This document shows positions 18,888 through 26,805 of a DNA stretch of 51,453 nt, one piece after another. This stretch comes from a virus. Lineage: Duplodnaviria; Caudoviricetes. The stretch covers positions 1-51,453 of the IMG/VR virus record IMGVR_UViG_3300032236_000307; one strand, written 5' to 3'. The notes beneath the pieces are model-generated. The model did not search any database and was not told the DNA's origin. It was given only the letters and a program-made list of their open reading frames with translations. How positions within the stretch are numbered: the stretch's first letter is position 1; each line of letters opens with the position of its first letter. The translations under genes and the position numbers were made by a program.

Positions 18888-19865
18888 ATGACAGCAAAAC
18901 TCGACGGCACAAACGGACTGCTTCAGCAGTACGACTACCAAGTCCTAACGACTGGGTTCTCTTACACATTCGCCGCCGGAACAACTGTTCTGGTGATGAA
19001 CCCTGCTGGTACGCTGGCAACAGGCACAATCACAATGCCTGCGGCTCCTGCTGATGGCATGACCATCTCATTTAGTTCAACTCAAGCGATCACTGCGTTG
19101 ACTGTGAACGGAAACACTGGTCAAAGCATTGTTGGCAAACCAACCACAATGAATGCTGGCGGAGCCGCTACGTTTGTTTATCGTCTGTCGAACACTACTT
19201 GGTATACACAGGTCAACACAACAGTTTCATCTACAGGCGTTCCTGTCCTGAATGTTTACACATCGCCCGGCACATACGATGCCACAACTGCAAAAGCCGC
19301 CGGTTTAAAAGCAATTAAAGTGACTGTTGTTGGCGGTGGCGGCGGTGGTGGTGGCACTACTGGAGCCAATGCATCTGCTACGGGTGCTGGCGGCGGCGGA
19401 GCGTCTATTTTGATTTATCCCGCACCTTCGTTGCCCGGCCCTCAGCCATACACTGTTGGAACAGGGGGGACGGCAGGCCCAACTTCTAGCCCCGGCGCTG
19501 GAGGTGCTGGAAATACATCTTCATTTGGTGTCGCGCCGATTACGGTTATTTCTGCAACTGGTGGCGCTGGCGGTACTACAGGTGGTACTGGTGGCGCTGG
19601 TGGAACTGGGTCTAATGGAACTTTAAATGTTGGCGGTTCTGGAGGAATGACAGGAATTGGTAGTGGTACGACCGGATCAGGCTTTGGTGGTTCTGGAGGA
19701 AGTTCTATGCTTGGCGGCGGAGCGCAAAGCGTCAAGAACACAAACGCTACTGGAATAGCGGGTAATAATTACGGTGGTGGTGGTGGTGGCGGATCAGGAA
19801 CAAGTGTCGCAGAACCGGGCGGCGTTGGTGCATCAGGCGTAGTCATCGTAGAGGAGTTCTACTGA
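18888..19865 (+). CDS. Glycine-rich tail fibre protein (paralogue A)
   Basis: KVTVVGGGGGG...GGGGGG...GVVIVEEFY Gly-rich domain. Confidence 0.7.
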   Translation: MTAKLDGTNGLLQQYDYQVLTTGFSYTFAAGTTVLVMNPAGTLATGTITMPAAPADGMTISFSSTQAITALTVNGNTGQSIVGKPTTMNAGGAATFVYRLSNTTWYTQVNTTVSSTGVPVLNVYTSPGTYDATTAKAAGLKAIKVTVVGGGGGGGGTTGANASATGAGGGGASILIYPAPSLPGPQPYTVGTGGTAGPTSSPGAGGAGNTSSFGVAPITVISATGGAGGTTGGTGGAGGTGSNGTLNVGGSGGMTGIGSGTTGSGFGGSGGSSMLGGGAQSVKNTNATGIAGNNYGGGGGGGSGTSVAEPGGVGASGVVIVEEFY

Positions 19866-20977
19866 TGTGCGATCAACTCAGCCAATTCGTTGTTGAAAAA
19901 TACGTCCACCTCAAAGACTTCCTTGACAAGGACAACTGCCGTGACCTGACGACCGAACTCAAGCGTTTGGTCGCAGAGCAGAAGACCGTCAAAGACGACC
20001 AATGCCCGACATCTGAAGCGGTGCATGGTGCTATGGCTTTTGACAGCTTGTTGGTTCAACTGTTGCCGCACTTTGAGAAGGCATCCGGCAGACGGTTGTA
20101 CCCAACCTACAGCTACGCTCGCTTATACGCGCCCGGCGAAGAGCTTGTTATCCACACCGACCGCGAGTCATGCGAGATCAGCGCCACTGTGACCCTTGGG
20201 TTTGAAGGCGACGTATGGCCCATTTTCATGGGCGATGAAGGAGGTGCAAATGCCTCTGAAATCAAAATGGCTGTTGGTGATGCCGTCATGTACCGTGGCA
20301 TGGATAAACACCACTGGCGCAACAAGTACACCGAAGGCAAGTGGCAGGCTCAAGTGTTCCTGCATTATGTTGATGCCGACGGCCCAAATAAAGAATGGAA
20401 GTTCGACAAGCGTCCCGGTTTAAACCTGCCGCAGGAAGAGCTTCGCTACCGTGTGTTTCAGGATGTCCTGACACCTGAAGCCTGCGACATGTTGATTAAG
20501 CTGTACACCAGCGACAAAACAGAAAAGCAACCTCCTGTGATCGGTACAGGCACAGGTGCAATCGACACATCCATTCGCAATGTTGAACGTGTGATGTTGC
20601 CGACCTATAAAGACATTGGCGGTCGCTTGGCGGCTGTTGGTCTGTCAGCAAACCATGCCGCATGGCAGTTTGACGTTACCCATGCCAACCAAGCAGAGTT
20701 TTTGATCTACCCCGCAGGTGGGCGGTATCAGGCGCACGTTGACACGTTTCTGAAGCATGGCGAAGATTGCCGCAAGCTGACAGTGTTGGCTTTCCTGAAC
20801 GACGACTTCAAGGGTGGCAAGTTCTTCATCCAAGACGGTCAAAATAAACATTACCCACCGCAGACCAAAGGCACAGTATTGGTCTTCCCGAGCTTCATCA
20901 TGCATGGCGTGGAAGACATCGAAGAAGGCCAGAGATGCTCTGCTGTGTGCTGGATGGTCGGTAAATTCTTCAAATAA
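19865..20977 (+). CDS. Tandem two-domain 2OG-Fe(II) oxygenase (prolyl-hydroxylase/PKHD-like)
   Basis: Domain 1: PTYSYARLY, HTDR, CEISAT, HWR, QVFLHY. Domain 2: HVDT, RKLTVL, FKGG, FPSFIMHGV, R-S. Confidence 0.85.
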   Translation: MCDQLSQFVVEKYVHLKDFLDKDNCRDLTTELKRLVAEQKTVKDDQCPTSEAVHGAMAFDSLLVQLLPHFEKASGRRLYPTYSYARLYAPGEELVIHTDRESCEISATVTLGFEGDVWPIFMGDEGGANASEIKMAVGDAVMYRGMDKHHWRNKYTEGKWQAQVFLHYVDADGPNKEWKFDKRPGLNLPQEELRYRVFQDVLTPEACDMLIKLYTSDKTEKQPPVIGTGTGAIDTSIRNVERVMLPTYKDIGGRLAAVGLSANHAAWQFDVTHANQAEFLIYPAGGRYQAHVDTFLKHGEDCRKLTVLAFLNDDFKGGKFFIQDGQNKHYPPQTKGTVLVFPSFIMHGVEDIEEGQRCSAVCWMVGKFFK

Positions 20978-20986
20978 GGAGTTGAT

Positions 20987-21751
20987 ATGGCAACAACAAT
21001 CAGCGGAGGCCCCGCAGGCGTAAATACCGCATCAACCACGGTAGGCCCAGCAGGTATTACGTTTGGCGACGCATCAGTGCAGACTACTGCGGCAACAAGC
21101 CCAGCGGCTCCTGTAGTGACAATTTATAGTTCGCCTGCCACTTGGACAAAACCAGCAACAGTGAAATTTGTAAAGGTAACAGTTGTTGCTGGCGGCGGCG
21201 GAGGTGCGGCTGTTAGATCGCCTGCCTTGCAAGTAGCTTCGGGCGGAGGCGCTGGCGGTTCTGGATGGGGATACTATCCGGCCCCATCTGTTCCCGGCCC
21301 TATAGCGGTTACCGTTGGATCGGCGGGTGCAGGCGGAACAATGGCCCCAACAGGGCAACAACAAACCGCAGGAACATCCGGCGGCACTTCTAGTTTTGGT
21401 GCGCTTATTTCTGTGACGGGAGGAAGCGCTGCCTCTTCTACAGCGACACCATTTACCGGCATTGCGGCTGGCGGCACTGGCGGGACATTTACCCCCAGCC
21501 CAGTTAATTTTGGCGCAAGCGGCGGCCCGGGAGGAGCAGTGTCAGCACCAAACACCTCAAGCCCAAGCGGCAATGGTGGAAGTTCTTTATTGGGAATTGG
21601 TGGTGTGGGAGTGCTATTTGCAACCGCAGTCGCCGGAAATAATGGCTTGGGGTATGGTTCTGGCGGGAGCGGAAATTTGGCGGCTGGAACGCCCGGATTT
21701 CCCGGCGGCAATGGGGCCGCAGGTGTAATTATTGTTGAGGAGTTTTACTGA
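20987..21751 (+). CDS. Glycine-rich tail fibre protein (paralogue B)
   Basis: AGGAG RBS; KVTVVAGGGGG, YPAPSVPGP and GVIIVEEFY shared with 18888..19865. Confidence 0.7.
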   Translation: MATTISGGPAGVNTASTTVGPAGITFGDASVQTTAATSPAAPVVTIYSSPATWTKPATVKFVKVTVVAGGGGGAAVRSPALQVASGGGAGGSGWGYYPAPSVPGPIAVTVGSAGAGGTMAPTGQQQTAGTSGGTSSFGALISVTGGSAASSTATPFTGIAAGGTGGTFTPSPVNFGASGGPGGAVSAPNTSSPSGNGGSSLLGIGGVGVLFATAVAGNNGLGYGSGGSGNLAAGTPGFPGGNGAAGVIIVEEFY

Positions 21752-21948
21752 TGAAAGAAGCATTGATTTCAACCATTGAACCCCGTGAAACGGGTTACCG
21801 TGTGGCTCAGGTTGTCGCAGAGGGCGAAACATTCCCTGTGGCTCCGGCACTGTTTTGGACACCATGCGCAGATGACGTAGTAGCAGATCAATTCTGGTAC
21901 GACCCATCTGACCAGCAGATCAAACCAATCCCGCAACCAACTGAGTAA
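21751..21948 (+). CDS. Small tail-fibre-associated protein
   Basis: RVAQVV..FPVAPALFWTPCADDV..WYD; translationally coupled to the fibre gene. Confidence 0.6.
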   Translation: MKEALISTIEPRETGYRVAQVVAEGETFPVAPALFWTPCADDVVADQFWYDPSDQQIKPIPQPTE

Positions 21949-21952
21949 GAGC

Positions 21953-22117
21953 ATGGATCAAATTACATTTTCAACTGCACTGGTCAACACTGTTTTGCAG
22001 TACTTGGGCAATCGTCCTTATGCAGAAGTCTTTCAACTGGTAGAAGCAATTCAAAAAGAAGCGCAGAACCAGCCGAAGAAGGAATCGGTGGAGGTCAATG
22101 TCGATGGACAGTCTTGA
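21953..22117 (+). CDS. Hypothetical protein (54 aa, not in the ORF track)
   Basis: MDQITFSTALVNTVLQYLGNRPYAEVFQLVEAIQKEAQ..; fills the gap. Confidence 0.65.
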   Translation: MDQITFSTALVNTVLQYLGNRPYAEVFQLVEAIQKEAQNQPKKESVEVNVDGQS

Positions 22118-22298
22118 AAAGGAATTTGCCGTGCATGAAGCAGTTTGCGCCCAACGGTATGAGTCCATTCAAAAGGCTTTAAGCGAAGGCGACAAGCGCA
22201 TGACCAAGATCGAATACTTGCTGTATGCGGTCATGTTGTGCGTGTTGTTTGGCCCGGGCGTTGCTGGCGAGTTTGTGAAGAAGTTGTTGGGGCTGTAA
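22098..22298 (+). CDS. Small coiled-coil plus C-terminal TM protein (lysis-cassette, XhlA-like topology)
   Basis: GGAGG RBS; HEAVCAQRY..KRMTKIEYLLYAVMLCVLFG. Confidence 0.6.
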   Translation: MSMDSLEKEFAVHEAVCAQRYESIQKALSEGDKRMTKIEYLLYAVMLCVLFGPGVAGEFVKKLLGL

Positions 22299-22988
22299 AT
22301 TGACCCGATCACAATCCTCCTCGCCGCTAAAGCTTGTGCCGCCGCAATCCGCGAAGGAACCGAGCTTTACAAGCAATGTAAAGAGTCATTCATGGAGGTC
22401 AAGTCCTCTGTTGACCAAGCTGTTGGTGTTGCCAACGAGGTCAGAGGATTTTGGGCCAAGCTCTTTGGGTCAAAGCCAAAAGCCGCAGAGCCTGTGGCGC
22501 AAGCGAAAAGAAAAAAGGAAGCCTATGTGACCGTTGACGAGACCAAGGTGATGTCGGACATCGTTGAACAATTAACGACGTTCTTCCGCCTTCAGGATCA
22601 GTTAGCGGCGCATTTGAGGCAGGAAGAAGAGCGTTCAAGGAACGTCTATGACCCTGATGCCAACCTGATGGAGGCCGCGCTCAAGCGGATCATGGCGCAG
22701 GATCAGATGGCGGCCTTGGAGGTTGAGATTCGGGAATGCATGGTGTATGGCGCTCCCAAAGAGATGGGGGCCTTGTACAGCCGCACGTTTGAGACTCGTG
22801 ACATCATCATGCAGGAGCAGGAGCAGGCAAGATTGAAGGAGGAGGCAAAGGAAAGGGTGCGTCAATGGCAACGGTCAGAGGAAAAAAGAGACCTACGAGC
22901 CAACTCGGCGTATCTCGTCCTAACAGCAATCCTTACGATATACCTCTGGCTCTGGTTCCTGTACGTCGCACAACGGGGGAAGATTTGA
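22299..22988 (+). CDS. Coiled-coil protein with C-terminal TM; probable non-canonical ATT start
   Basis: ORF 22392..22988 extends in frame upstream to ATT-GAC-CCG-ATC (xDPITILLAAKAC), directly after the upstream TAA. Confidence 0.55.
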   Translation: MDPITILLAAKACAAAIREGTELYKQCKESFMEVKSSVDQAVGVANEVRGFWAKLFGSKPKAAEPVAQAKRKKEAYVTVDETKVMSDIVEQLTTFFRLQDQLAAHLRQEEERSRNVYDPDANLMEAALKRIMAQDQMAALEVEIRECMVYGAPKEMGALYSRTFETRDIIMQEQEQARLKEEAKERVRQWQRSEEKRDLRANSAYLVLTAILTIYLWLWFLYVAQRGKI

Positions 22989-23212
22989 TGGGCTGGATTG
23001 CGTGCGGTGTGTTGGTTGCGGTGTTGTTGCCCATGGGTGCAATGTTGTACCTTGATATCTTGCAAGCCAAGCATGAGGTAAAAGAACAGGTTGAAAAAGT
23101 TGAAAAGCTGAGGAGAGAAGTTGAACGACAAAAACGCAATGATCGCCCTGAGTCTTTTGGTGATAACCCTGTGTTTGATCGTCCTCGTGACCGTATGAAA
23201 GAACTCAAATGA
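22988..23212 (+). CDS. N-terminal TM plus coiled-coil protein
   Basis: TGATG coupling; MGWIACGVLVAVLLPMGAMLYL then a charged heptad helix. Confidence 0.6.
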   Translation: MGWIACGVLVAVLLPMGAMLYLDILQAKHEVKEQVEKVEKLRREVERQKRNDRPESFGDNPVFDRPRDRMKELK

Positions 23213-23412
23213 ACATCTTCTGCATATGGGGCTTGTCAATCTTGCTGGTACTGCTTTGCGGTTGCCACGACTCATACCGCTACCCTTGCCAAGACCCGCA
23301 AAACTGGGGCAAGCCTGAGTGCGAGCCACCGCAATGTGAAGCATCTGGCACCTGCACCAAAGACCTCGTTACCAAGGAAATTTACAATGCCTACAAGCAG
23401 AAGAACCCCTGA
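23209..23412 (+). CDS. Cys-rich lipoprotein
   Basis: Hydrophobic signal plus LCGC lipobox; RYPCQDP..ECEPPQCEASGTC. Confidence 0.7.
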   Translation: MNIFCIWGLSILLVLLCGCHDSYRYPCQDPQNWGKPECEPPQCEASGTCTKDLVTKEIYNAYKQKNP

Positions 23413-23803
23413 AGAATGGCACGCATTAGGCCAGTTTTTCACACAGATGGCCTTTGCCCTGTGTCTGGTGGGCGCGTGTGCCGGGGTGCTGTATTGCTTG
23501 ATCTTTGTTACTCAGCCCATGGGCAAGCAGGCCCCCAACGACGTGGTGCTGTTTGAGATCCTCAAAACGGTGCTGGTGAGCATGATTTCGATCATCGGCA
23601 CCCTGATGGCTGTCGGACACGGAAGCAACGCCACAGCGGCTCCTATCGTGCCCAAGCCCATCATTCCGCCTGCCCCAACGACCAGTTGGCCTGCCAGACA
23701 GCCTACCCCTCCAACCACCCCGCCAAAGCCCATGGTGCGCCCATTAAGCACGCCCAAGCCCGATGACGACGATGAACCAGTATTCAAAGGAGCCAGAGAA
23801 TGA
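23387..23803 (+). CDS. Two-TM membrane protein with Pro-rich tail (holin candidate)
   Basis: AAGGA RBS before ATG 23387; two hydrophobic helices around QAPND; upstream of Rz and the endolysin. Confidence 0.5.
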   Translation: MPTSRRTPEEWHALGQFFTQMAFALCLVGACAGVLYCLIFVTQPMGKQAPNDVVLFEILKTVLVSMISIIGTLMAVGHGSNATAAPIVPKPIIPPAPTTSWPARQPTPPTTPPKPMVRPLSTPKPDDDDEPVFKGARE

Positions 23804-24285
23804 GCTTGCTTAATCCTTACGCCATTCTTGGCATCGTCTTTGCCATCATCGGAGCCTTTGGTAGCGGTTATTACAAGGGCGGCGAAGCAGAGGCTGAAAA
23901 ACAGCAATTGGAAATCGCCCGGCTCAACAATGAAGCTCGTCAAAAAGAACAGGCACTGGTCAGTGCAGTCCACACCACCGCAACTCAACTCGTAAAGGCC
24001 AACAATGATGCAAAAATTCAAATCGCAAAGCGCAATTCTGATATTGACTCTGGCACTCTCAGGTTGCGGATTCCTGTCAAGCCCACGGTGTGCCCCGTAC
24101 ACACCCCCGGCGATCCCCCCGCTCCCAGCGGAACTGACACTGGAACAGCCGAATTACAGCCAGAGACTGCAAAAGATATTCTCGCCGTCGGAGACGACGC
24201 AGACGCAACCATCCGCAAGCTCAACGCCTGCATCACAGCCTACAACCAAATCCGTGAAGCCTTAAACCCGAAAGGAAAACCATGA
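23800..24285 (+). CDS. Rz: Inner-membrane spanin (Rz)
   Basis: N-terminal TM, coiled coil, GTLRLRIPV, C-terminal LNAC; contains an embedded lipoprotein ORF. Confidence 0.85.
   Translation: MSLLNPYAILGIVFAIIGAFGSGYYKGGEAEAEKQQLEIARLNNEARQKEQALVSAVHTTATQLVKANNDAKIQIAKRNSDIDSGTLRLRIPVKPTVCPVHTPGDPPAPSGTDTGTAELQPETAKDILAVGDDADATIRKLNACITAYNQIREALNPKGKP
24005..24265 (+). CDS. Rz1: Outer-membrane spanin lipoprotein (Rz1), embedded in Rz
   Basis: +1 frame inside Rz; LALSGC lipobox; Pro-rich PPAIPPLPAEL. Confidence 0.75.
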   Translation: MMQKFKSQSAILILTLALSGCGFLSSPRCAPYTPPAIPPLPAELTLEQPNYSQRLQKIFSPSETTQTQPSASSTPASQPTTKSVKP

Positions 24286-24884
24286 CCTCCGAACAACTTG
24301 CCCAAGCCCTGCACATGACCCCCGCCAAGGCGGAGGAATGGATCGAAGCCATCAACCAGACATTCGAGACATTTGGCATCGAAACCCCTGAACAGCAAGC
24401 ATCTTTTTTAGGACAATGCGCCCATGAATCAAATGGGTTTACTGCATTGGTTGAAAATTTGCGTTATTCGGCTGAATCACTTTGCAAAGTTTGGCCTAAA
24501 CGCTTTCCATCACTTGAAGCGGCACAGCCTTACAACCGCAATCCAGAAGCCATTGCTAACCATGTTTATGCTGGTCGTATGGGTAATGGTGACGAAGAGT
24601 CTGGTGATGGCTTCGCGTTCCGGGGTCGTGGTCTTATCCAGTTGACTGGTCGAGCCAACTACCGCGCGTGCGGTGAGGCACTGGGCGTGGACTTGGAGTC
24701 CGATCCTGATCTGGTGGCTACCCCGCAGTTTGCCGCGCTGTCAGCAGGCTGGTTCTGGCACACCCATGGGCTGAACAACATTGCCGAAGACATCACCGCC
24801 GTGACCAAAAAAATCAACGGCGGGACACTGGGTCTGGACGACCGGGTTGCCCGTACTGAGCGAGCCCTGAGCGCCTTGGCATAA
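24282..24884 (+). CDS. Endolysin, glycoside hydrolase family 19
   Basis: FLGQCAHES, ENLRYS, FRGRGLIQLTGRANY, SAGWFW, TKKINGG. Confidence 0.92.
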   Translation: MTSEQLAQALHMTPAKAEEWIEAINQTFETFGIETPEQQASFLGQCAHESNGFTALVENLRYSAESLCKVWPKRFPSLEAAQPYNRNPEAIANHVYAGRMGNGDEESGDGFAFRGRGLIQLTGRANYRACGEALGVDLESDPDLVATPQFAALSAGWFWHTHGLNNIAEDITAVTKKINGGTLGLDDRVARTERALSALA

Positions 24885-24937
24885 ACCCAAAGCTTCCATA
24901 AAATAAGGCTTTAGGGAACAACAGCCATGAAAGGACG

Positions 24938-25582
24938 ATGATGTCTACCACTCCCAGTTGGGTCATGACTTATGACTCCCTAACCTCTACCGTCCTTCAG
25001 TATTTGGAGCGTCAGGATGCGGCGGTTGTCAACGCCATCCCAACCTTCATCACCCTGTGCGAGTTCGAGATTGCCCAAGAGATCAAAACCTTGGGCCAGT
25101 TGCAAGTTGCCGAGTCAACCATGACGGCAGGTCAACCCACCCTGCAAAAGCCTGCACGTTGGCGCAAAACGGTGTCTATGAACTACACCGATGCCAGCGG
25201 CAACAAGAACCCTGTGCTCCTGCGCAAGTACGAATACCTGATCAACTATTCGCAGAACAGTTCAAACGATGGCCCTCCGCTGTACTACGCTGACACAAGC
25301 TGGGACTGGTGGTACATCTCTCCGACACCTGATCAGGCTTACTCATTCGAGGTGCTGTACTACGAGCGCATTGAGCCTTTGAGTTCAACAAATCAGACCA
25401 ACTGGCTGACACAGAATGCACCGACAGCAATGTTGTTTGGCACGCTGTTGCAGGCCATGCCTTTCCTGAAAAACGACCAACGACAGATCTTCCAACAGAA
25501 ATACCTTGAGGCAATCAAATCGCTCAAGACTGAGGACGTATCCAGAGTTGGAGACCGCCAAGCAGTTGCCGTGGATAGCTAA
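24938..25582 (+). CDS. Tail tubular / adaptor protein
   Basis: IPTFITLCE, ISPTPDQAY, TNWLTQNAP..LFGTLLQAMPFLKND; adaptor-like size and motifs. Confidence 0.65.
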   Translation: MMSTTPSWVMTYDSLTSTVLQYLERQDAAVVNAIPTFITLCEFEIAQEIKTLGQLQVAESTMTAGQPTLQKPARWRKTVSMNYTDASGNKNPVLLRKYEYLINYSQNSSNDGPPLYYADTSWDWWYISPTPDQAYSFEVLYYERIEPLSSTNQTNWLTQNAPTAMLFGTLLQAMPFLKNDQRQIFQQKYLEAIKSLKTEDVSRVGDRQAVAVDS

Positions 25583-25584
25583 TC

Positions 25585-26805
25585 ATGACTACATATACCA
25601 ATCCGTACACAGGCCAGACCATCAACCCATCGCAGGTGGGTTACGAGTCTTTGTCCATCACCGCCGACACCATCCTTCAGTGGCCCGTCAACGGCAACGA
25701 CTCAAGCATCGTCTCCAACATCATGGATGTCACGGCGAGCACAGATGGCTTGTCGTTGATCCTGCCATCAGCACAACAGGTGTCGGTCGGTCAGAACATC
25801 ATCATCCGAAACATTGGCTCGCACACATTCAGCGTGAAGAATGCCGGCCTGAGCGTCATTGCCAATATTTCATCGGGCATCGCCAACTTCATCTACCTGA
25901 CTGACAACACAACGGATGCCGGACTGTGGACGGTGATCACGTTTGGCGCAGGCACTTCATCAGCCAATGCGGCAAGCCTTGCAGGGTACGGCCTGACCGC
26001 TTTGAACACCACACTGAATGCGGCGTACAACGTCAGCATCCAGTACAGCAACTACCAAATCCTGAACACAGACCGCGCGTCGTTCTTGGTGTGGGAGTCT
26101 GGTGCCGGAACATTCACCCTGCCACCTGCCAGCAGTGTCGGCAACAACTGGTTTGTGATCATCCGAAACAATGGCACAGGCATCCTGAACATTGCTCTAC
26201 AGGGCTCTGACACCATTGATGGGAACGCCAATGCTCAGTTGCAAATCAGCGAGTCATTCGTTGTTTGCTCCAACGGGTCAAGCGGGTTTTTCAGCTTTGG
26301 TTACGGTCAAGCAACCAGCTTTTTCTTTACCCAGTTGGTAAAGAATGTGACTGGCGGCACCGTCACTTTGACTTCCGCCGAGGCATCAAACCTGATCCAA
26401 GAGTACACAGGCACACTGACATCGAATTGCACGGTGATCCTGCCGCCCACGGTTCAGCTTTACTCGTTGCAGAACAAGACAACCGGGTCATACACACTGA
26501 CATTCAAGACCACCTCTGTCGGCGCGACAACCGTTGTCCTGCCGCAGAATCAGACCATCATTGCCATCTGTGACGGCACGAACGTCTACAACTCACAGAC
26601 TGCATCAACGTCCACCTTGTCTGCATTGACGCTGGGCAACGGATCCATTGGCGGCCCATCACTGAACTTTGTGGGCGACACTACAACTGGTGTTTTCTTG
26701 GTTGGTAGTGGTCAGCTTGGTTTCACTGCTGGCGGTGCCGGAGGCATGACACTGACTACCACCAGCCTGCGCGTGCCTGTTGGCATTCCCGGGGGCACGT
26801 TTTGA
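25585..26805 (+). CDS. Tail fibre / baseplate-proximal structural protein
   Basis: T/S/G-rich beta repeats (TLPPASSVGNNWFVIIRN); ends GGTF. Confidence 0.65.
   Translation: MTTYTNPYTGQTINPSQVGYESLSITADTILQWPVNGNDSSIVSNIMDVTASTDGLSLILPSAQQVSVGQNIIIRNIGSHTFSVKNAGLSVIANISSGIANFIYLTDNTTDAGLWTVITFGAGTSSANAASLAGYGLTALNTTLNAAYNVSIQYSNYQILNTDRASFLVWESGAGTFTLPPASSVGNNWFVIIRNNGTGILNIALQGSDTIDGNANAQLQISESFVVCSNGSSGFFSFGYGQATSFFFTQLVKNVTGGTVTLTSAEASNLIQEYTGTLTSNCTVILPPTVQLYSLQNKTTGSYTLTFKTTSVGATTVVLPQNQTIIAICDGTNVYNSQTASTSTLSALTLGNGSIGGPSLNFVGDTTTGVFLVGSGQLGFTAGGAGGMTLTTTSLRVPVGIPGGTF

Noticed and set aside
15004-21751. Diversity-generating retroelement acting on fibre tips
   Set aside because: No reverse transcriptase, and the paralogous fibre ends differ at all base types rather than specifically at adenines.
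22300-22530. TTG-started 76-aa ORF in the track
   Set aside because: It overlaps the better frame (22299/22392..22988) and reads like an off-frame translation.
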